In this document: piece after piece, positions 26,101-29,396 of the stretch
Numbering within the stretch: the first letter of the stretch is position 1
Layout: each line of letters starts with the position of its first letter
Virus record (IMG/VR): IMGVR_UViG_3300044619_000148
Coordinates: 1-29,396 of that record
Origin: a virus
Taxonomy: Duplodnaviria > Caudoviricetes
DNA length: 29,396 nt
Reading direction: 5' to 3' (one strand)
The notes under the pieces: generated by a model
Databases searched by the model: none
Seen by the model: the letters and a program-made list of their open reading frames with translations, nothing else
What the model was told of the DNA's origin: nothing
Made by a program: the position numbers and the translations under genes

Positions 26101-27060
26101 GATAAAGAGCGTAACCGTGTTCGTCAAGAACTTGGTTGGAAACCTCGTACGTACAAAGGTTGGGATGGTAAGTGGTACAGTTATGATGGCCTTGGTCCTA
26201 TCTCTGACTTCTTAGCACTGACTGCTGACGTGATGGATAACTTTGATTCCATTACCGAAGCTGACCTGGAAACCAACATTAACAAACTTGGATTTATCAT
26301 TAGCGGTAACCTGACTAATAAGTCTATGCTTGCTGGTATCGAGCCTATGAACGATGTTCTGGCTGGTAACCCTGCTGCATTGAACCGTTGGGCTGCGTCC
26401 TTTGCTAGTTCCCTTGCTCCTCTATCTGGTGCACGTAATGAGCTTGGGCGTCTTATGGCACCGTCTCTGCGTGAGTTGGATATGGAGTTTACTCAGCTTC
26501 TCCGTAACCGTAATAAGTTCCTTGATGTTGTGGATTCCAAAGGTGCACTGCCTGATAAACATGACTGGATTGATGGTACTAAAGTTGGTTACCCTGAAAA
26601 CTTCTTTGTACGGGCATGGAATGCTGTGTCTCCTATGAAGGTGTACGAAGGTCAATCAGCTGAACGTCAATTCCTGCTGGATATTGAATATGACTCCCGT
26701 CCTAGCTTTAACAAAAGCACCAAAGGCGTTGAGTACACTCCTAAAGAAAGATCTGAACTATTCTCTTTGATGGGTCAGCAGGGTTACTTTAAGGGTGAAT
26801 TGAATCGCATCATGCAAGGCACTGACGCTCAAGTGTGGCGTGATTCAATTAAAACTGAACGAGGAGCTGGATCTCGTATTGATCCTAATCAATGGATGAA
26901 CCTGTATCGTCAGATTGATGTAGCTTTGGATCGTTCTAAGCGTATGGCTGAAGTACAGCTTAGCAATCGTGAAGAAGTGATGCGTCGTCAATACGAACAA
27001 GGTTTAGATAAAGCCTATCAGCAACGTGGGGTTCCCTTGTTGCAATGGCAAAACAAGTAA
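23197..27060 (+). CDS. Large internal virion protein (gp16-like)
   Basis: 1287 aa, mostly helical; lies between the gp15-like gene and the tail fibre. Confidence 0.8.
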   Translation: MYNPYEDFNAKDEPLSDDIKNQLLQKKAQSEQTVMNMQAAEQAAKQSTATATGTSGTQQPAQTQKEPQKEEPTNLVQDIAEGALAVPTGAVDWAVDLYNVLPTPDLPKIPKFKNELFQAAREISSFVVPTVFITRGLGGAASAANAKVKWEMGKSALVKWLGEAGIAAGSGAFVDATNKLNETDDNLQGSLKKMFPKTFSWISDDWATVDGDSPDVIRAKNINEGVGLGIFTDLLVGAGKLIRATQKTKEATSFIPLDEKAVNFKKQQETGTVTVEDEVLESAGRREELLDERADYGIANNKEGAYLGIHDVFDSDEAGVRGVDSMGVVGAGIDQVRIANNYGTVYGRLRNFLSEPAAKYVLRTSDPATFDEVDDALKQAFDSAGKYKVMLGDEATITYKDVVAEGDNLSKVLLDPRMDVEEMRKVFKEFSDTVDGTERLSVGTKGDIAFAGSLQALRTLRDEYINLDTVRVQSYLATSLAGQVSDLAEGARLMGGTGAIERAQEQILDKIEYLTVVQGRAKQLRGQGLNSLKQIYAHLNEKDYDKVQRMVDSFNETKKATDQEIIDRAKRTADTLRQVSKERPEYLKPLQMAWEFTDGNIDTMAKLNRYVDQSLGDWFPKFFVDGNPEMPNVIVQGMWSNIYNSVLTSVSTPLKAGFANAALLLEKPITVLGGAIVGGDVKTLKRGWYQYSAFADTFQKGLTHMTDVYRKAATDPTSVGYIMRDDLVKKNENTMDILHSYAMASQQRGNEGPMALYHKAEALNDMANNPWLRFGPNAMTALDGFARAMIANAEVRGRIYDKFIDGGRKLDADGIKKALDDQYNEMFDSSGMITNKAVDYASREIAMNLDSPAVDGLSRLIDQYPAMKPFLMFPRTSVNILDMANKHSPISIFAKEYNEIAYKPLSNFTVDEVESILTKRGLPVDENMMDTFSTLRAEVRGRKAVGTITMMTAGAMFLNGGLRGNGHYDKERNRVRQELGWKPRTYKGWDGKWYSYDGLGPISDFLALTADVMDNFDSITEADLETNINKLGFIISGNLTNKSMLAGIEPMNDVLAGNPAALNRWAASFASSLAPLSGARNELGRLMAPSLRELDMEFTQLLRNRNKFLDVVDSKGALPDKHDWIDGTKVGYPENFFVRAWNAVSPMKVYEGQSAERQFLLDIEYDSRPSFNKSTKGVEYTPKERSELFSLMGQQGYFKGELNRIMQGTDAQVWRDSIKTERGAGSRIDPNQWMNLYRQIDVALDRSKRMAEVQLSNREEVMRRQYEQGLDKAYQQRGVPLLQWQNK

Positions 27061-27091
27061 TCCACCCATTCCCTTTTCTTACCTAGCGTAA

Positions 27092-28483
27092 ATGGCTGTA
27101 ACTCAAAATACATACACTGGGAATGGTTCAACTACGAACTATTCAATTACATTTGAATATCTTGAAGAGACTGATATTAAGGTAACTCTTAACGGTACTC
27201 TGACAACTGCATACACCCTTGCCAACGCTACAACTATTTCTTTTACGACTGCACCGGCAGTTGGGGTAGCAATTCGGATCTACCGAGATACTGATGTAGA
27301 TTCTCTTCAGTCTACTTTTTTTGCCGGTTCAGCTATTCGTGCTCAGGATCTAAACGATAACTTTACTCAGAGTAACTACTCTGTACAAGAAATTAAAGAT
27401 CGTTTCCTTGACCGTACTGGCGGAACTCTGACTGGAGCACTTGATGCTGGTGGTTTTAAAATCACTAACGTCGGAACCCCAACCAACAATGCTGACGCCT
27501 CCACAAAAGCTTATGTAGACAGTACGATTGGTACTGCTGGGGGCTATGCAGCTGCTGCTGCAGCCTCTGCTAGTGCTGCATCTACCAGCGAATCTAATGC
27601 TGCTTCTAGTGCCTCTGCAGCTTCCACAAGTGCTTCTAACGCATCAACCAGCGCAAGCAATGCTAGTTCTTCTGCTAGTGCTGCTTCTACGTCTGCATCC
27701 AATGCGGCAAGCAGTGCTTCTACAGCTTCGACCCAGGCATCCAACGCAGCTACCTCTGCCTCTAACGCTTCTACTAGCGCCACCAACGCCTCTAACAGTG
27801 CAACCAGTGCTGCCAGTTCTGCTGCATCTGCTCTGGCTGCCTTTGACAGCTTTGATGATCGCTACCTTGGTGCTAAAGCTACCGACCCTACTGTTGATAA
27901 TGATGGCGATCCGCTGAATGCTGGTGACCTTTATTACAACACCACCTCTTCGGTGATGAAGGTCTACACTGGCTCTGCTTGGGTTATTGCTTATGTCCCT
28001 GGTGATGCAGCCAGCATTAGCTTTGCCCCGTATAGCACGATTGCGTCTAACAACGTTCAAGGTGCTATTCAAGAGCTGACCGATGAGAAGCTCAACCTGA
28101 CTGGTGGCACCCTTACCGGCAACGTCACTCTGGATAACCAGTCGGATCTGCGCTTTGGTGAAGCCACGGGTCATGGCGGTAACTGGGTTGCCTTCCAGGC
28201 TCCAACCACCATCGCTTCCAACGTCACTTGGACGCTTCCTAGTACTGATGCCACGGTTTCTGGTCATGCCCTTAAGAGCAATGCGGCTGGTGAACTGAGC
28301 TGGGGCACTGCTGGTGGTGCGTCTGGTGCTGGTGGTGATGATGTATTCTATGAAAATGGTCAAACAGTCACCACGTCTTATACCCTGACCGCTGGTAAAA
28401 ATGCCATGAGTGCCGGTCCCATCACGATTAACGCTGGTGCCGTCATTACCGTCCCTTCCAACGCTAGTTGGGTTGTCCTCTAG
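27092..28483 (+). CDS. Tail fibre protein (T7 gp17-like N-terminal anchor)
   Basis: YTGNGSTTNYSITFEYL..DIKV, IRIYRDT, GSAIRAQDLNDN; Ser/Ala coiled coil; GGTLTG repeats. Confidence 0.92.
   Translation: MAVTQNTYTGNGSTTNYSITFEYLEETDIKVTLNGTLTTAYTLANATTISFTTAPAVGVAIRIYRDTDVDSLQSTFFAGSAIRAQDLNDNFTQSNYSVQEIKDRFLDRTGGTLTGALDAGGFKITNVGTPTNNADASTKAYVDSTIGTAGGYAAAAAASASAASTSESNAASSASAASTSASNASTSASNASSSASAASTSASNAASSASTASTQASNAATSASNASTSATNASNSATSAASSAASALAAFDSFDDRYLGAKATDPTVDNDGDPLNAGDLYYNTTSSVMKVYTGSAWVIAYVPGDAASISFAPYSTIASNNVQGAIQELTDEKLNLTGGTLTGNVTLDNQSDLRFGEATGHGGNWVAFQAPTTIASNVTWTLPSTDATVSGHALKSNAAGELSWGTAGGASGAGGDDVFYENGQTVTTSYTLTAGKNAMSAGPITINAGAVITVPSNASWVVL
27546..27840 (+). repeat. Ser/Ala/Thr/Asn heptad repeat (ASTSASN / AASSASA) in tail fibre
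   Basis: About 14 degenerate 7-aa units visible in the translation. Confidence 0.85.
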
Positions 28484-28496
28484 TTAATTAACTATC

Positions 28497-28715
28497 ATGC
28501 CTCTTGTATTTAACGGAGCAGGGTCAATTAGTGGCATTTCAGATACTGGTCTGGATGATGTCGTTAATGACGGCCTGTTCATCAAAAATCTTAAGTCAGT
28601 CACTTCTAGTGTGACCCTTTCTGGCTCGTATAACTGGGGCACTTTTGGCCCCACTTCTATTGCCAATGGGGTTACCGTTTCTATTGGTTCTGGTGGAACC
28701 TGGAGCATTGTATGA
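28497..28715 (+). CDS. Small tail-fibre-associated protein repeating the fibre C-terminal domain
   Basis: Its C-terminal ~47 aa align by eye with the last ~47 aa of the fibre. Confidence 0.75.
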   Translation: MPLVFNGAGSISGISDTGLDDVVNDGLFIKNLKSVTSSVTLSGSYNWGTFGPTSIANGVTVSIGSGGTWSIV

Positions 28716-29122
28716 GTAGCCTTCAAGTAGATAACCTTCAAACTTATAACAGCAACCCGCCTGTTATTAAGAATGTTAGTGGTACTGAGGTTGGTACGTT
28801 CTGTCGGGCGTGGGTAAACTTTAACGGTACTGGCACTGTGGCGATCCGGGCTAGTTTTAACGTGAGCAGCATTACGGATAACGGGGTGGGAGACTATACG
28901 GTTAACTTCACGACGGCGTTGGCGGATGCGAATTACGCAAGCAACGTAAGCATTGGTGCACCTGGCACTGGAGGCACTGCATTAAACATCAACACTATTA
29001 CAAGCGGGTCAGGCACTGAATCTGCGCCAACAACAACAGCTTTTAGGTTTAGCTGTATGTATGGCTTTAGTTTTGGCAACATGGTTGATACAAAATTTGT
29101 CTCCGTCGCCATCTTCCGGTAA
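28712..29122 (+). CDS. Tail-fibre-associated / putative receptor-binding module, paralog 1
   Basis: MSSLQVDNLQ start; AWVNFNGTGTVAIRASFNVSSITDNG.G.YTVNF domain; ATGA-coupled to the previous gene. Confidence 0.75.
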   Translation: MSSLQVDNLQTYNSNPPVIKNVSGTEVGTFCRAWVNFNGTGTVAIRASFNVSSITDNGVGDYTVNFTTALADANYASNVSIGAPGTGGTALNINTITSGSGTESAPTTTAFRFSCMYGFSFGNMVDTKFVSVAIFR

Positions 29123-29128
29123 CCCATT

Positions 29129-29396
29129 ATGAGCACACTAAGAGTCGATACAATTCAAAATGCGTCGGGAACTGATTCCCCGATCAATGTGCCTGGGACG
29201 GCTAAGGCTTGGGTTAATTTTAATGGGACGGGGACGGTTGCTATTAGGGCGAGTTATAACGTGAGTTCGATTACGGATAACGGGACTGGGCAATACACGG
29301 TGAACTTCACAGCATCAATGGCTGACGCGAATTATGCGTATCAGGTCAATGCAAGAGATGCAAACAACGGCATGGGCGTTCCAACTGCTCAAGCAG
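29129..29396 (+). CDS. Tail-fibre-associated module, paralog 2 (3' truncated by window)
   Basis: Hand translation MSTLRVDTIQNASGTDSPINVPGTAKAWVNFNGTGTVAIRASYNVSSITDNGTGQYTVNFTASMADANYAY...; no stop before the window end. Confidence 0.8.
   Translation, partial: MSTLRVDTIQNASGTDSPINVPGTAKAWVNFNGTGTVAIRASYNVSSITDNGTGQYTVNFTASMADANYAYQVNARDANNGMGVPTAQA

Noticed and set aside
25270-26127. 285-aa antisense ORF in the gp16-like gene, and similar minus-strand ORFs such as 27644-28363 and 10921-11376
   Set aside because: Shadow ORFs opposite well-supported genes, with no protein motifs.
27546-27840. Repeat array resembling CRISPR or a DNA tandem repeat
   Set aside because: It is a degenerate protein-level heptad repeat inside the fibre ORF, with no constant repeat and unique spacer structure.
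28712-29396. Possible diversity-generating retroelement TR/VR pair
   Set aside because: Differences between the copies are synonymous and involve all bases rather than being adenine-specific; both copies are coding; no reverse transcriptase in the window.
1-29396. tRNA genes, integrase or att sites, and a repeated T7-style 23-bp promoter consensus
   Set aside because: Non-coding gaps are few and short; no cloverleaf or multi-copy promoter motif was recognisable by eye. A motif search on the full genome would be needed.

Overview
This window is the central ~29 kb of a T7-like (Autographiviridae-type) cyanopodovirus genome, with every credible gene on the + strand. The replication and nucleotide block runs: RNA polymerase C-terminus, ssDNA-binding protein, endonuclease I, primase-helicase, a DNA polymerase split into two overlapping frames, a free-standing HNH endonuclease, exonuclease, an NblA-like gene overlapping its neighbours, DUF3310, a MazG-like pyrophosphatase and a minimal two-subunit class I ribonucleotide reductase. 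The head block has portal and scaffold, then an accessory island (hli, three tiny Lys/Arg-rich ORFs, a structured spacer, an RlpA-like transglycosylase, psbA), a structured leader, the major capsid gene and a strong terminator. The tail block has tail tube A and B, four internal virion proteins (one with an SLT domain plus an apparently circularly permuted M23-like domain), a tail fibre and a modular set of small fibre-associated genes running off the right edge. psbA, hli and nblA point to a phycobilisome-bearing picocyanobacterial host (inference). All calls come from motif recognition by eye; no searches were run.
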